Assembly: GCA_041671325.1 (NCBI GenBank)
Contig: JBAZBR010000002.1
Location: 137,978-201,977 of the forward strand
Direction: 5' to 3'
From: Patescibacteria group bacterium
Lineage (GTDB): Bacteria; Patescibacteriota; Patescibacteriia; PEXW01
Length of the DNA stretch: 64,000 nt
Shown here: positions 47,056 through 57,642 of the stretch, in pieces
Layout of the letters: each line of letters opens with the position of its first letter
Position numbering within the stretch: the first letter of the stretch is position 1
Notes under the pieces: model-generated
Told to the model about the DNA's origin: nothing
Databases searched by the model: none
The model's input: only the letters and a program-made list of their open reading frames with translations
Position numbers and translations under genes: made by a program

Positions 47056-47337
47056 TTGACAGCATTATTAAACTTGATAATATATTTTCATTCTCTTTAC
47101 AAAGTTGCTGAATATCTCCGGAGAAATAGGGGGAGGCCATAAAGGTTGGATTCGGCGGGAAACGACGGTAATTAGCTAGCGGCAGGGGCAACATATGGCC
47201 TCTTTGCGCAAACCGTTGGTTGAAAGGCCGTATACTCCATTGCATTGGGGGAATGTGCCGATTCATGCGAACCTGGCGACGCCTATTTTTTCAGCAACAA
47301 CATTGGCCGATTGGATTAAATCCTTTCGGCCTTTTTT
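47056..47337 (+). ncRNA. candidate unclassified small RNA: promoter, about 240-nt structured GC-richer transcript, terminator
   Basis: TTGACA-16-TAATAT at 47056-47083, a long-range stem GAGGCCATA...TATGGCCTC, and a terminator GGCCGATTGGATTAAATCCTTTCGGCC plus T7 at 47304-47337. No convincing ORF. Confidence 0.35.
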
Positions 47338-47849
47338 TAATTAGAAAATAATTTGATGGTCTTAAGAATTTCTTCCGGAATACCCTTGATGCATTTATGG
47401 TTTTTCAGTTCCTCGGCGTTGACCCAGGCAAAATCCGTAAATGAGCCAGGTTCGGGCTTAACTTCACCAGATTTATATTTAGCGGCAAACTTAATAAAAG
47501 CCACGGGGATTTCATCAGGCCTGATAAAAACCATGCTGTTGATGTATCGCAAGCCACCCTGAATTTCAATGCCGGCCTCCTCTTTAACTTCACGTTGCAA
47601 TAAATTTTCTATGGCATTTTCAAAATCTAAGACTTCGCCGTTTAATCTGGTTGGCTTGGCTAAGTCAAAATCAGCCCATTCCAATTTTCCGCCTGGCACG
47701 GCATAAACGCCGGGGTGGACTTTTTCCCTTTCATCCCTTTTTAAAATCAGACAGCGCTTATCCGATTCCCGGAATATGACCACATTGGCCACGAAATAAA
47801 ACAGCTTTTCAATTTTTGCGTTTTCAATACTGATTTTTTTAGCAGGCAT
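47337..47849 (-). CDS. NUDIX hydrolase
   Basis: Nudix box GGKLEW...REVKEEAGIE. Confidence 0.8.
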   Translation of the reverse strand: MPAKKISIENAKIEKLFYFVANVVIFRESDKRCLILKRDEREKVHPGVYAVPGGKLEWADFDLAKPTRLNGEVLDFENAIENLLQREVKEEAGIEIQGGLRYINSMVFIRPDEIPVAFIKFAAKYKSGEVKPEPGSFTDFAWVNAEELKNHKCIKGIPEEILKTIKLFSN

Positions 47850-47861
47850 ATAATTATTTAA

Positions 47862-48587
47862 TTATTTATGAAAAATTGAAATTAAGTTATAACCTTTTAT
47901 CCAGCTAGTTTGTTTGCCTTTGATATTTGTGAACTGTTTTATGGTTTGTAAACCACAAAAATCGCCTAGTTTTTTTAATTCAGGATAAGTAAAAGCATGA
48001 AGAAACCTTTTTCCCATAACTTCTTCTTTGCTATTGCGCCAAGGTCGGAAAATATCCCTGTAATCTATTGGCAAACCCACAAAGATTTTTTTCAAAGCAA
48101 TTTTAATATGTAGCCTCCACCAGGAGTATTGCCACAGGTTCCAATTTAACATTAACAAATAACCATTGGGTTTTAAAACCCTGGACATTTCTTGCATAGC
48201 CTTTAATCGAAATTCCTTGGAGGGAATGTGGTGCAAGGTAGCAATGCAAACCACAACTTCAAAAGTCTGGTCAGGATAGGGTAAATCCAAAATTGTTCCA
48301 ACCTGGAAATTCTGGCCAGGATTTTTTTGCTTGGCGATTTTGATTAGTTCTTCACTGAAGTCTATGCCTTGATATTGAATATTTTTATTAGGCAGTGCTT
48401 CATAAAATCGGCCATTACCGCAGCCCGCATCTAAGACCTGATCATATTCTTTGATATATTTCAAAAAAACTTCAACATCCAGCCAATTAAATTTTCGGGT
48501 TTCGGAAAATTGTTGGGCAATAAGGTTGTAGACCTGATGATTTGATGCTATGGTTTTTTCAGCGAAATTTTTATCCATGAATACCAA
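47862..48587 (-). CDS. class I SAM-dependent methyltransferase
   Basis: Motif I VLDAGCGNGRF. Confidence 0.8.
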   Translation of the reverse strand: MVFMDKNFAEKTIASNHQVYNLIAQQFSETRKFNWLDVEVFLKYIKEYDQVLDAGCGNGRFYEALPNKNIQYQGIDFSEELIKIAKQKNPGQNFQVGTILDLPYPDQTFEVVVCIATLHHIPSKEFRLKAMQEMSRVLKPNGYLLMLNWNLWQYSWWRLHIKIALKKIFVGLPIDYRDIFRPWRNSKEEVMGKRFLHAFTYPELKKLGDFCGLQTIKQFTNIKGKQTSWIKGYNLISIFHK

Positions 48588-50202
48588 ACAAAATAATAAA
48601 ATAATTAAACGGCTTTTAAAACTGGCTCCAGTTGATGAAGCTGGTCTTCACCAGTTTAAGCGGGCAATTGCATCGGATTTCAAATTAACGCTTACTCCGA
48701 ATGCTGACTTGCTTAAAGTCTATCGGCAATATGTAAAACAGACAAATACCAAGCCTGATTTGGCTTTGCTTAAACTGTTAAAACGCCGGGCCATCCGAAC
48801 TTTGTCTGGCGTCGCGCCGATTACGGTTTTGACCAAGGCTTATCCTTGCCCAGGGCGGTGTATTTATTGTCCAAGCGAAATCCGCATGCCTAAAAGTTAC
48901 TTATCATCTGAGCCGGCAGCCCAAAGGGCAGTGGTTAATAGATTTGATCCTTTTAAACAAGTTAAAAGTCGGATTACACAATTGGAAAAAAATGGTCACT
49001 CGGCTGATAAGATCGAATTGATTGTATTGGGTGGCACTTGGTCATTCTATCCGGAAACTTACCAGACTTGGTTTATTAAAAGATGTTTTGAAGCGGCTAA
49101 TGGCCGAGCCAGCAAGACTTTGGCTGTAGCCCAAAAAATCAATGAAAAGGTCAAGCACCGCATCATCGGTTTGACTTTGGAAACCCGGCCAGATTATGTG
49201 ACCGCTAAAGAATGTTGGCGCATGCGGGAATTGGGCTGCACCCATGTGCAAATTGGCGTGCAAACTTTGGACCAAAAGGTTTTGGATTTGAACCAACGGG
49301 ATGATTCCATAGAAAATATTGCAAGGGCGACAAACCTCTTGAGGAATTTTGGTTTTAAAATCACTTACCATATCATGCCTGGTTTACCCGGAGCAAACCC
49401 GAAATCAGATTTACAGACTTTCAAACTACTTTTTCATGATCAGCGTTTCCAACCAGATATGCTGAAGATTTACCCGACCGTAGTTTTAAAAAATTCATTA
49501 CTATATCATCATTGGAAAGCTGGCAAGTACAAGTCTTATTCTGATAAAGTTTTATATAATCTTTTAGTGAAAATTAAGAAAACTATTCCGCCTTATGTCC
49601 GCATTAACCGTTTGATCCGGGATATTCCAGGGCCAGATATTATCGATGGCAACCTAATCACTAACTTGCGCCAAAAAATGCAGCAAGAGGGAGTAATTTG
49701 CCAGTGCATTAGGTGTAGGGAAGTCAGGGACGAAAAATTTTCTGAAAAAGATTTGCGCCTGGTTAAAAGGGTTTATCCGGCAGGAACTGGGCAAGAAGTC
49801 TTTTTGAGTTTTGAAAGCCGGGACAAGAAGAAACTTTTTGCTTTTATTAGGTTGCGTTTACCCAGTAAAGTCCAAGTCAAAACCGAACCAGTCAAATTGA
49901 CCAGGTTTTTTGATAAAAAAGAAATTACAGCCGAAACTAATGCTTGGGCTTTTGATAATTCCACAGCTTTAATCCGGGAATTGCATACTTACGGCGAATT
50001 AATCCCAGTTGGTTCTAAAAGCGAAGCCGTCCAGCATATTGGTTTAGGCAAGCGCTTAATGGCTGAAGCGGAAAAAATTGCCAAAGCTAAGGGTTATAAA
50101 AAAATCGCGGTAATAGCCGGAATTGGGGTCAGGGAGTATTACAGGAAACTTGGGTATAAGGACGAAATGACTTATTTAATAAAAAGTTCAAAAATAAAAT
50201 AA
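48577..50202 (+). CDS. Elp3-like radical SAM protein with a C-terminal GNAT domain
   Basis: CPGRCIYCP radical-SAM Cys triad and a C-terminal acetyltransferase-like region. Start at MNTKQNN assumed. Confidence 0.8.
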   Translation: MNTKQNNKIIKRLLKLAPVDEAGLHQFKRAIASDFKLTLTPNADLLKVYRQYVKQTNTKPDLALLKLLKRRAIRTLSGVAPITVLTKAYPCPGRCIYCPSEIRMPKSYLSSEPAAQRAVVNRFDPFKQVKSRITQLEKNGHSADKIELIVLGGTWSFYPETYQTWFIKRCFEAANGRASKTLAVAQKINEKVKHRIIGLTLETRPDYVTAKECWRMRELGCTHVQIGVQTLDQKVLDLNQRDDSIENIARATNLLRNFGFKITYHIMPGLPGANPKSDLQTFKLLFHDQRFQPDMLKIYPTVVLKNSLLYHHWKAGKYKSYSDKVLYNLLVKIKKTIPPYVRINRLIRDIPGPDIIDGNLITNLRQKMQQEGVICQCIRCREVRDEKFSEKDLRLVKRVYPAGTGQEVFLSFESRDKKKLFAFIRLRLPSKVQVKTEPVKLTRFFDKKEITAETNAWAFDNSTALIRELHTYGELIPVGSKSEAVQHIGLGKRLMAEAEKIAKAKGYKKIAVIAGIGVREYYRKLGYKDEMTYLIKSSKIK

Positions 50203-50270
50203 TCGGGAAAAACGATTTAATATTTGGAGAATTTTGTTTTTAAATGCCTTGATAGTATAATGAAAATAAT

Positions 50271-51437
50271 ATGCAATTTAAAAACGTTTCTCGTGATGTG
50301 CGCTGGTTAAGCCTCGGGTTCTTGCTGCTATTCTTCGGTTTTAATGGCGTACAGCAATATATTACTATCTATTTTAAAAACATTGGCCACTCGCAAGTTG
50401 GTTTTGTTTCGTTAATTTTAGTTTATGCCGCTTTTATGGGGGCAAATATACTTAGTCCGGTAATTATTAGTCATATCGGCGCAAGGAAAACCATATTAGC
50501 CGTATATGGGGTATATGCTTTATATTGTTTGGCTTTACTCTCAGGCTCAATAATTCTTATTTATATTTTGTCATTAATACTTGGATGTGCAGCGGCATTA
50601 TTATGGACAGGGCAAAATTCCTATCTTATCCGCGCAAGCGCAAAAACGGTTTATGGTGAAAATGCTGGTTTTTTTGGAACCTTATTTGCTATCGGTTCAG
50701 CATTTGGTATTTTACTGATGGGATTTATATTACCAAAGCTTGGTTATAATATGGCTTTTATTTTATTCGTTGCGGTTATCGTTACGTCATTAATTTGTTT
50801 TTTAAAGATGTCTGATATACGTAGCGATCAACAACCCAAAGGCTTGACTTGGGAAGCTTTTCGTAGCAGCACGGCAATCCGCTTCAGTATGCTGTGGCTA
50901 GCGTTTAATTTCATTCAGGGCTTAGTCCTTGGTACAGTACCTTTAAAGATTCAAAGCGTTATTAGCATTTCCGCAGTAGGCCCTCTTATCGCGATTTTTT
51001 ACATTATGCCGATGTTATTTTCTTACTTAACCGGTAAAAAATCTGATATGACAGGGCGGCGAATTTGGATTTACCTTATGTTGATATTAAGTGTTATTGG
51101 GCTGTTTCTTATCATGTTTGGGACTAAACCATTAATTTTAATAATTGGGGTTGTTGTCCTGGCGTGTAATTTTGGAATTTCCAGGACAATTGCCTTTGCT
51201 CTGGTCGGCGATGTAACCGACGAAAAAAACACGGAAGCTTTTTCAGCATTGGTTTGGGCTATACAAGCCGGCTCCACGTTACTTGCATTAGTACTTTCCA
51301 CATTACTTCGGGATAATAATCTTTACATTGTCGGAATAATAATAGTCGTTATAACGATTCTGCCTGTCCTTCCGTTACTTCGATTACCCCTTGAAGTTAT
51401 TCGAAATCGAATAACCAAAGAAACAATCAAATCCTAA
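50271..51437 (+). CDS. MFS transporter
   Basis: About 12 TM helices with 6+6 architecture. Confidence 0.7.
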   Translation: MQFKNVSRDVRWLSLGFLLLFFGFNGVQQYITIYFKNIGHSQVGFVSLILVYAAFMGANILSPVIISHIGARKTILAVYGVYALYCLALLSGSIILIYILSLILGCAAALLWTGQNSYLIRASAKTVYGENAGFFGTLFAIGSAFGILLMGFILPKLGYNMAFILFVAVIVTSLICFLKMSDIRSDQQPKGLTWEAFRSSTAIRFSMLWLAFNFIQGLVLGTVPLKIQSVISISAVGPLIAIFYIMPMLFSYLTGKKSDMTGRRIWIYLMLILSVIGLFLIMFGTKPLILIIGVVVLACNFGISRTIAFALVGDVTDEKNTEAFSALVWAIQAGSTLLALVLSTLLRDNNLYIVGIIIVVITILPVLPLLRLPLEVIRNRITKETIKS

Positions 51438-51532
51438 AAGGGTGCTTTGGTAGCTTTGACAGGCGGCGAAAGATTTGATAAGCTGGCCTGTTTCTTAATG
51501 TTCGTTTAAATCACAAAAGGAGGCCTAAAAGC

Positions 51533-52000
51533 GTGGTTACTAAAGACCATTTACGGCAGTTTCTTGCCTTAATTGACAGACATAATAATCCAATAAGCTT
51601 CTTGTTTGAAGTGATATTAGGTGAGCCGAACGCCGATACTGTCTTCGGCGAAAAGGCAATCTTGATGATGGTTCGAAACCGTAAGCCAGAGCAACTTAAA
51701 GGTGCCTTAAAGATTGAATTTCTTTTTCAGGTTAAGGTAATTCTCTGGATCTTGGGGCCTGTCTGGCTGGCAAATGATCGCCGCTTGCCTAGGGTTACCG
51801 GTTTCGAGTGGGCGCAAGCCATGTCAAACGAGCCGCGTATAGACTGGGACGGGTATTTTCGACAGTTTGGTCGGGCTGAAGAAATCTGGCAGAAAATAAT
51901 TGACGATTGCCTAACAGACCTTAAAAATCCATGCTCCCGATTAATTATCGGCAGGATTACCAGGATGTTTCTGGTAAAACTGCCAGGGTTTAAAGCTTAA
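51533..52000 (+). CDS. hypothetical protein, GTG start
   Basis: AAGGAGG SD followed by GTG; followed by a terminator. Confidence 0.45.
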   Translation: MVTKDHLRQFLALIDRHNNPISFLFEVILGEPNADTVFGEKAILMMVRNRKPEQLKGALKIEFLFQVKVILWILGPVWLANDRRLPRVTGFEWAQAMSNEPRIDWDGYFRQFGRAEEIWQKIIDDCLTDLKNPCSRLIIGRITRMFLVKLPGFKA

Positions 52001-52007
52001 GCTTTTT

Positions 52008-52040
52008 ATCAGAAGCATGCGCCCCGCGATTCAGTGGGGC
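52008..52040 (+). terminator. intrinsic terminator
   Basis: GCGCCCC...GGGGCGC followed by TTTTT. Confidence 0.65.
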
Positions 52041-52211
52041 GCTTTTTCTATTCCAAAGAATTCCAGATTCTACTAAACAAAACCTAGGAAGTAGGTTATC
52101 GTATGATTTATATTTCATTTTGACAAATGCATCTTAAAGTTTTAAATTTAAATTAATAGCGGTCTTTTACAAAACAAAAGAAATCTAACCAACCATAATA
52201 GGAGGTGGCAT

Positions 52212-52949
52212 ATGAGCAGTCAAAGTGTAGTACTGCCATATGGCGCGTTTGAATTGAAGCGCTATTATCAAAGAAACATGATTCGGGGGATTGGATTTGC
52301 GGCAGCCTTGACCGTTTTTTGCATCCTGTCGATATGGCTCTATCAAGTCATTACCTTTGACGAAGCGGGTGAGTCCAGTAATTTCATCCGCATCAAGACC
52401 ATTGCCGATTTGGGTCAGCCGCCGGGCATTGCCCAAAAACCGCCACAAATCGACATTGCCAAGCCGGAAATGGCTATGCCCAAAGTAGGCATCCCAACTC
52501 CAGTGGCCGACGAAGAAGTGTCTGATGAAGATGTTGTTATGGCTACGAGGGATGAGCTGAAGGAAATTACTGCTCCAGCAGTTGTCCCAACCGAAGCTTC
52601 TGGCAGTCAATTAGTGATTGATATACCAGAAGAAGATTACATGCCCCCGCCTGATGCATTTGTTGCGGTTGAAGTGGATCCGGTGCAGGTCTATGAAGAA
52701 ACGCCGGAGTATCCGCGGTTAGCCCGAGACGGTGGTTTCACCGGTTATGTCATTGTTCAGGCTTTCGTGGATAAGAATGGCTTTGTCAAAAAAGCCCAAG
52801 CGGTTAAATGCACTCGCCCGGGGATGGGGTTCGAGGAAGCCGCAGTAAAAGCGGCCTACAAGTGCCAGTGGAAACCAGCAATCCAAAATGGCAACCCAAT
52901 CGGTGTTTGGGTGGCTTATAAGGTGGATTTCGTTTTTGAGAATCAGTAG
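52212..52949 (+). CDS. TonB-family energy transducer
   Basis: N-terminal TM anchor, Pro/Glu-rich spacer, and a TonB C-terminal domain (PEYPRLARDGGFTGYVIV...). Confidence 0.7.
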   Translation: MSSQSVVLPYGAFELKRYYQRNMIRGIGFAAALTVFCILSIWLYQVITFDEAGESSNFIRIKTIADLGQPPGIAQKPPQIDIAKPEMAMPKVGIPTPVADEEVSDEDVVMATRDELKEITAPAVVPTEASGSQLVIDIPEEDYMPPPDAFVAVEVDPVQVYEETPEYPRLARDGGFTGYVIVQAFVDKNGFVKKAQAVKCTRPGMGFEEAAVKAAYKCQWKPAIQNGNPIGVWVAYKVDFVFENQ

Positions 52950-53056
52950 TATTTCCCGGGGAAGAGAGATTTAATTCTTTTCTCCGGGTTTTTTAAATTC
53001 TTTAATAATTCAAAAACTGTCTGCCTTCGGCAGACAGTTTTTGAATACTAGTTATT

Positions 53057-53809
53057 TTAAAATGATTTTGCACCAGAAATATCACCAGTACCCAAGGAAT
53101 CCTTTTTTAATTCTCTCATCGTGCCATAGCCATACATGGTCAGGTCACGGTCCGTGCTGGAATAAAGGTCATTCAAGCCAACTTGGTGACCGAATTCATG
53201 GGTGGCTATATTTTGGACGTCATAGGTGTTTGCTGCGCCGCCACAATCGCCAGCTGATGGGCTGGTGATTGACCAGGCTAAACTGGAAGAGAAAATCATG
53301 TCTGATTCAGCAACTTCACCAGTGCCAGTCCAATACCAAGTTCGGGTCACGGCAATCCCGCCCGAAGCACTGCCAAAGGCAACCAAGTTTACGCCATCTT
53401 TGGCAGACCTTTTAATATTCGTGGTTCCACCATAAGTCCATTGGGAGCTTGAATTAGCTTCCCAGGTTGAGGTAGAGTTAGCTATTGCGTTTCGAAAATC
53501 TACGAGGCTGATATTTGAAGGTAAAGTTGAGGTGCTGATTTTGTAAGTCAAACCAGAAGCAGGCATGTACCAACCGGTTAGTCCAAAATCGTTTACATTT
53601 TCATTGGTAGATTGTGTGCATTGGGCAACTGGCTTGCCTTTTTTTTGAAAATCAGGCAGGTCATCATAACGGTAATATATTTTTACCACTTCTTTTAATT
53701 GGCCTTTATCTTTGGCTTGGCTGGCAAAAGGAGTAACAGAAATCAGCGTCAAAAGAGCGAATATCATCAGTGAATATGTGGATTTTTGCCAAATTTTCAT
53801 GCTTTTCAC
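53057..53809 (-). CDS. secreted zinc metalloprotease (metzincin-like HExxHxxGxxD)
   Basis: Signal peptide; HEFGHQVGLND followed by a Met-turn candidate. Confidence 0.7.
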   Translation of the reverse strand: MKSMKIWQKSTYSLMIFALLTLISVTPFASQAKDKGQLKEVVKIYYRYDDLPDFQKKGKPVAQCTQSTNENVNDFGLTGWYMPASGLTYKISTSTLPSNISLVDFRNAIANSTSTWEANSSSQWTYGGTTNIKRSAKDGVNLVAFGSASGGIAVTRTWYWTGTGEVAESDMIFSSSLAWSITSPSAGDCGGAANTYDVQNIATHEFGHQVGLNDLYSSTDRDLTMYGYGTMRELKKDSLGTGDISGAKSF

Positions 53810-53958
53810 CCCCTTTCAAATTTAAGTTTGATATAAACAGGATACACCTATTTATTTTTATTAGGCAAATCACAAATTTTCATAAAATATTGGCGGTTGT
53901 GGTTATTCTTAGTTTTTCGTATACTAAATACAACATTTAACATTAACAGAAAACGCTT

Positions 53959-55668
53959 ATGCGAAAATTTCTAATCCTACTCGCGGTTTGCGGGTTTTTT
54001 GGCATAGCCAAAGTGGCTTTTGCTGCTGATGGTACAATCAGCGGAACCGTAACCCATGCAGCTGATGGTACGGCAATAGCCAGCCTGACAGTCTTTGTCC
54101 AAAACGTTGATACTAAGGCCTTCTCTTACCCTTACACAGATGCAGCTGGGGCATATAGCGTTAGCCTGGCGCCAGGGACTTATGATGTTTCACCATACAC
54201 TTCCACTTCAGCTGAAGCGAACGTAACATTCATTAAAAAAACATCAACTATCACTATCGCTAGTGGTGAAACTAAATCCGGACAAAATTTTGTCTTAACC
54301 CGCCGCGGTTCTTTTACTGGCCATGTTTATGCAGCTGATGGCGTGACTCCGATTAACAGTGTGAGCCTTTCATTTGTTAATGCAAGCGGCAGTACGTATG
54401 GCTTTTCTTATCCAACGACAGTTTCAAATGGGAGCTATACGAGCAGTCCAAGTCCTTCTGATACTACCCAATCCGCTGTGGGCACCTATACCCTTACGAT
54501 ATCTAAGTTCGGTTATTTTTCTGCACAGATAACCGGAGTGGTCTTGACTGGAGACGAAACTTCAATAACCCAAAATGTAACATTAACACCGGCAAGCACC
54601 ATAACTGGTACGATTGTTGATCAAAATGGAGCTGCATTGGCTGGTGCAACCGTAACCATAGCCAAGAGTTCGGGGGCTAGCTTATATTCCGGAACTTATA
54701 CGGCCACCACTAACGCCGCAGGCGCCTACACAGTAAGCATATTTGATATCAGCACGTATAATGGCTCTGCCGTTTCGGATTACAATGTGACAGTCAGCAA
54801 GAGCGGGTATATTTCAAAAACCTCGACACTTTCAATTACCGCTGATGGCACTGCGCTTACTGGAAAAAATTATACTTTGACTCTGGGTAAAACCTACAGT
54901 GGTACAGTTGTGGCAAAAAGTGGAAATACGCCCCTATCAACCGCTTATGTTTATCTATACAAACGAAATAAAGTCCGCAGCGAGATTCCTGACTATACGG
55001 CAACTACCAATAGTAGCGGAGTTTTTTCTATAACAGGAATCCAGACGGGTAAATACCGGGTCAAAGTTGTGAAGAATACCTACGTCAATATTGTCATTGA
55101 TTCACTGAACATCAAGGCGGATATTAGCGGCGCTACGCACAAGCTTGAATTAGGCGGGACAATTAGTGGGTCAGTGTATACTGGAAACCATGTCGGCATT
55201 GATGGCGCAAGTATTGCAATTTATGCTTTAAAAAACGGTAAGCAAGTTTCATACACTTCAACTATTGCAGATGAAGATGGTAACTATACGGTATCAGGAT
55301 TAAAAGCTGGTACTTACCGTTTAAAAATAACTACCACGGATTACGTTACCCAGTTAGCTAATGTTACGGTAAAAACTGGCCTAACAGCCACAAAAAATCT
55401 AAAATTAACAGCTGCTGGAACGATTGAGGGTTATATTACAGATAAGGATACTGGTTTGCCAGTAAGTGCAACTATCAGGGTTGTGGGCACTTCTATTGTT
55501 ACTTCCTCTGATGCCAATGGTTACTATATTCTTGATGGTATTGCGCCTGGCAAACGTAAAATTAGCGTAATTAGTTATATGTATGATGTTGCTGGCCGGA
55601 ATAATATAACCGTAAAATCAGGGAAGATTGCTTCGGGAATAAACTTTACGTTAAAACCCAAACAATAA
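53959..55668 (+). CDS. secreted protein with repeated carboxypeptidase-regulatory-like (Ig-like) domains
   Basis: Signal peptide and about 6 repeats of the G(T/S)(I/V)xGxV...G motif. Confidence 0.6.
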   Translation: MRKFLILLAVCGFFGIAKVAFAADGTISGTVTHAADGTAIASLTVFVQNVDTKAFSYPYTDAAGAYSVSLAPGTYDVSPYTSTSAEANVTFIKKTSTITIASGETKSGQNFVLTRRGSFTGHVYAADGVTPINSVSLSFVNASGSTYGFSYPTTVSNGSYTSSPSPSDTTQSAVGTYTLTISKFGYFSAQITGVVLTGDETSITQNVTLTPASTITGTIVDQNGAALAGATVTIAKSSGASLYSGTYTATTNAAGAYTVSIFDISTYNGSAVSDYNVTVSKSGYISKTSTLSITADGTALTGKNYTLTLGKTYSGTVVAKSGNTPLSTAYVYLYKRNKVRSEIPDYTATTNSSGVFSITGIQTGKYRVKVVKNTYVNIVIDSLNIKADISGATHKLELGGTISGSVYTGNHVGIDGASIAIYALKNGKQVSYTSTIADEDGNYTVSGLKAGTYRLKITTTDYVTQLANVTVKTGLTATKNLKLTAAGTIEGYITDKDTGLPVSATIRVVGTSIVTSSDANGYYILDGIAPGKRKISVISYMYDVAGRNNITVKSGKIASGINFTLKPKQ

Positions 55669-55688
55669 ATTGGCTTAAGCATAATATC

Positions 55689-55722
55689 CAAAACACCCGT
55701 CGTATTAAAGGCGGGTGTTTTG
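55689..55722 (+). terminator. intrinsic terminator
   Basis: ACACCCG...CGGGTGT followed by TTTTGTTTT. Confidence 0.65.
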
Positions 55723-55839
55723 TTTTATCTAGGGGTCCCCACGCGGCGGAACTGGCGCGTGGGGAAAGGGGCACACGAACGGAATCCGAAGCAAGCTCGC
55801 GAAAGCGAGTGTGCGGAGGGTGGAGTTCGTGATGACCCG

Positions 55840-55913
55840 TGGCTCCGAGACTTGGACTCGAACCAAGATACCTGCCTCCAGAGGGCAGTGTCCTACCATT
55901 AGACGATCTCGGA
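55840..55913 (-). tRNA. tRNA-Gln (anticodon CUG), CCA encoded
   Basis: Manual fold: acceptor TCCGAGA/TCTCGGA (7/7), anticodon stem CTGCC/GGCAG with loop CTCTGGA, T-arm CTTGG-TTCGAGT-CCAAG, discriminator G, CCA. Confidence 0.85.
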
Positions 55914-55917
55914 ATAA

Positions 55918-57447
55918 TTATCCCTCAAAAGCATTTACAATCTGGTCCCATAGCTGGTCACCGGATGCTAGCTTTTTAGATTTTTCAGAAAGCAATTTAT
56001 CAGCCGGATTGGTATTTTCGATTTTCTGTTCGGCTTTGTCAAGCTTTAAATTAGGGTCTAATTCAACTTTGTATGTAACTTTTTTACCCATAACTCTCTT
56101 GATCACGGAATCTAGAACTTCCCTAGCTTTAGGCGTCGAAAGCCTTTCGACATGTAAAGTAAATGGGCAAGTGATAGTTAAAACATCATCTATCACTCCA
56201 GAAGACCTAACCATTTTTAGTGACATGGCCAGCATTGGAGCTTCATTATTCACTTCTTCAACTATTTTCAACCATGGATCTGGAAAGCCAGCATTAGATT
56301 TTTTTTGTAATGGCTCTTCTGCTTTTTTTTCAATTACTGTAGTGCTTGGGTTTGTTTGCTGAATTGCCGGTTCAAACTGATCAGAGGTTGATTCAATAAT
56401 TGCAATTTCCAAAGGTACTTGTGGCAAGGGGCTAATGGAAATATATTGCTGGATCATTAAAAAGTTTTCAAGAATTTTTACAATCCGGCCGGCAGTAAAA
56501 GCCGCGAGTTTTTCTTGCAAGACATTTTGGATTTGTGGACGGATATTTGGCGCAACCACCCGAAAAAGCAAGCAATCCCGCAAACTCCGGATAATATCAT
56601 TTCGATAAGCTTCCAAATCAATACCATTTTCAATTTGATCGTCAATATTTTGAATGGCTTCAGCGCGATTGTTATTTAAAATAGCTAAAATCAATTGGAC
56701 TACGGCGGCTTGATTTGAGCGGGGCAAGACCAAGTCCGCTTGTTCCAAAGTAATCTTTTTTTCACCCAAGGAAAAAACTTGGCCCAGGATGCTTTCGGCA
56801 TCTCGGCTGGAACCATCAGCCAACCTGACGATTTCTTCAATCACATTTTCGTCAACTGACATGTCTTCTTGTTTGGCAATCCACCTTAGTTTTTTGCCTA
56901 TTACCTCTGGATTAATCCGGTGGAAGTCAAATTTTTGGCAACGGGACTGGATGGTTTCAGGGACCTTATGGATTTCCGTAGTGGCCAGGATGAACATGGC
57001 ATGGGCTGGCGGTTCTTCCAAAGTTTTTAAAAGCGCATTAAAAGCTGCGGTTGAGAGCATGTGGACTTCGTCAACTATAAAAACTTTAAATTTCAAGCTT
57101 GAAGGCGTAAAGCGGCTATGTTCAATAACTTCCCTAATATTATCAACGCCGGTATATGAAGCCGCGTCAATTTCAATGACGTCCAAAGCCCGTGCTTCAG
57201 TTATGCTTCTGCAAGCCTCGCAGATATTATCCGGTTCTCCATTTTTTGGGTTTTGGCAGTTTACCGCTTTGGCTAAAAGTCTGGCGGTGGTGGTTTTACC
57301 GATACCCCGGGGGCCGGAAAAAAGATAGGCATGGGCTACTTGGCTTTTTTGCAGTTCATTCAAAAGCGTGTGGGCAACGTGTTCTTGGCCAATAAGGTCG
57401 GCAAAAGTTTGCGGACGGTATTTCCGGTATAAGGTTTGGGAGCTCAT
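55918..57447 (-). CDS. dnaX: DNA polymerase III subunit gamma/tau
   Basis: Walker A GPRGIGKTT, clamp-loader Zn motif C..C...C, SRC motif. Confidence 0.9.
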   Translation of the reverse strand: MSSQTLYRKYRPQTFADLIGQEHVAHTLLNELQKSQVAHAYLFSGPRGIGKTTTARLLAKAVNCQNPKNGEPDNICEACRSITEARALDVIEIDAASYTGVDNIREVIEHSRFTPSSLKFKVFIVDEVHMLSTAAFNALLKTLEEPPAHAMFILATTEIHKVPETIQSRCQKFDFHRINPEVIGKKLRWIAKQEDMSVDENVIEEIVRLADGSSRDAESILGQVFSLGEKKITLEQADLVLPRSNQAAVVQLILAILNNNRAEAIQNIDDQIENGIDLEAYRNDIIRSLRDCLLFRVVAPNIRPQIQNVLQEKLAAFTAGRIVKILENFLMIQQYISISPLPQVPLEIAIIESTSDQFEPAIQQTNPSTTVIEKKAEEPLQKKSNAGFPDPWLKIVEEVNNEAPMLAMSLKMVRSSGVIDDVLTITCPFTLHVERLSTPKAREVLDSVIKRVMGKKVTYKVELDPNLKLDKAEQKIENTNPADKLLSEKSKKLASGDQLWDQIVNAFEG

Positions 57448-57485
57448 AGTAGGCTTATTTTACCCCACCTATGACCGATAGTAAA

Positions 57486-57591
57486 CCCCGCACCACTTTC
57501 CAAAAAAAATTCTAAATTTGCTTTAATAGAAATTTTTTTGAGAATGATATTATAGGTTTAAGTAGGGTTTTGATGGGAAAGTGGTGCGGGG
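57486..57591. repeat. inverted-repeat-bounded AT-rich element, copy 2
   Basis: CCCCGCACCACTTTCC (57486-57501) and GGAAAGTGGTGCGGGG (57576-57591). Confidence 0.55.
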
Positions 57592-57642
57592 TGATTCCCG
57601 GTTTTTGGCGGATTTTTTCAAGTATGTTAGCCTAAGAAAGCT

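Noticed and set aside
55730-55835. GC-rich hairpin region upstream of tRNA-Gln as a second tRNA or 4.5S RNA.
   Set aside because: No cloverleaf could be folded and no SRP domain IV motif is present. It is probably the terminator and trailer of the upstream gene.
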